DNA of 64,000 bases from the human T2T-CHM13v2.0 reference genome, Homo sapiens, in NCBI RefSeq assembly GCF_009914755.1, contig NC_060941.1. One strand, 5' to 3'. The translations under genes were made by a program, and so were the position numbers. This document shows positions 62,880 to 64,000 of the stretch, piece after piece (the first letter of the stretch is position 1; every line of letters starts with the position of its first letter). The notes beneath the pieces were generated by a model. It saw only the letters and a list, made by a program, of their open reading frames with translations, did not search any database and had not been told where the DNA came from.

Positions 62880-62950
62880 CTTTAGAGGAATCAGTTGACT
62901 GTGCTTGTGATTTGGAGTCTGTCACAAATAAACTTTCCTCCAAACCATCA
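62880..62950 (-). CDS. KRT12: KRT12 exon 7 (71 nt)
   Basis: CTTACAG|TGATGG...TAAAG|GTATGC. DGLEESLFVTDSKSQAQSTDSSK. Phases fit exons 6 and 8. Confidence 0.93.
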
Positions 62951-63436
62951 CTGTAAGAAAACAAAGGAGATGACCTCAAAAAGTGAAACAACCTGGCTTT
63001 TAATGGAAGATCTGGTCTGAGAAATTAGATTTCCCAATTTGTAGGCCTGAGTTCTTCCAACTAGTGCAGACTCTGATCACTTTTGGAAAGCTTGTTAGAG
63101 TAGGTGGTTCAGGTGGCTACTATGTGTCCTTCTTATCATCAGGTCTTTGATATCAGAAATTGAGTAAGTGACTTTTATAGTACAGGGAGTACTCATTTAC
63201 AAACTGTTTCTGACCGTGGTGCCTTTGTTCTTTGCAGCATTTTATGAATTATCAAGTAAGATAATGGGTGAAAACACTTTGCAAAGTGTAGAGCATTTAG
63301 TAAATCCCAGGCATATCTTTACTAGACTTGTGTTTGTTTGTTTGCTTTTCTGTCAACTAAAACCCCATTCCTTCTATTTCTGCTGCCCACTCTTGGTCAG
63401 CCCCTGAAGGTGTTTACAGCCTCCGTTGTCTGCTCA

Positions 63437-63727
<291 letters not shown>

Positions 63728-63799
63728 CTAATGTAATTTGGATGCAGCATTTTCTTTGGAAGTCCAAAGGATGCTACGTCTGTTTGCGCACGAGCCTAC

Positions 63800-63925
63800 C
63801 ATGGCGAGCTGGGACTGTAGCTCGATCTCCAGGTTCTGAAAGGCGCGACGCAGGTCGGTGACCTCGCTCTTGCTGGACTGAAGCTGCTCGGTGTTGGTGC
63901 TAATCTCCTTACGGAGCTCCCCGCT
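63800..63925 (-). CDS. KRT12: KRT12 exon 5 (126 nt)
   Basis: TTGCAG|AGCGGG...GCCATG|[48 protein letters not shown]. Confidence 0.96.
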
Positions 63926-64000
63926 CTGCAACAGCAAAGACAGCCAGGGGGCTCGAGCGCTGAGCTCGTTCGCAGGCCTTTCTGTGAATGTATCAAAGCC

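Overview
Human genomic DNA from the type I keratin cluster (17q21.2), recognised from the encoded proteins. Keratin genes lie on the - strand: the 5' end of KRT28 (ATG 213, TATA ~305; missed by the ORF track), complete KRT10 (8 exons, 584 aa, 22905 to 18796) and exons 5-8 of KRT12 (63925 to 61976). On the + strand lies KRT10-AS1/TMEM99, whose last exon carries the 258-aa TMEM99 ORF (34838-35614). The rest is mostly Alu, L1, L2, MIR, LTR and DNA-transposon remnants. Main result: reading the - strand at 34.7-38.4 kb shows two nested dead genes. One is a decayed, intron-containing type I keratin gene (exons 1-5 with splice sites). The other is a processed, poly(A)-tailed VCX/VCY-like retrocopy inserted just after that gene's exon-5 donor. 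The TMEM99 ORF is the antisense shadow across both, and the retrocopy's poly(A) tail supplies the polypyrimidine tract of the exon's acceptor. Other findings: a hidden KRT12-like tail in the KRT10 3' UTR reached by an alternative donor, five of six frames open over KRT10 exon 7, a consensus CTCF site between KRT28 and KRT10, an AP-1 cluster, and several unusual insertion events. Gene names, repeat families and the VCX comparison rest on recalled sequences, not database searches.
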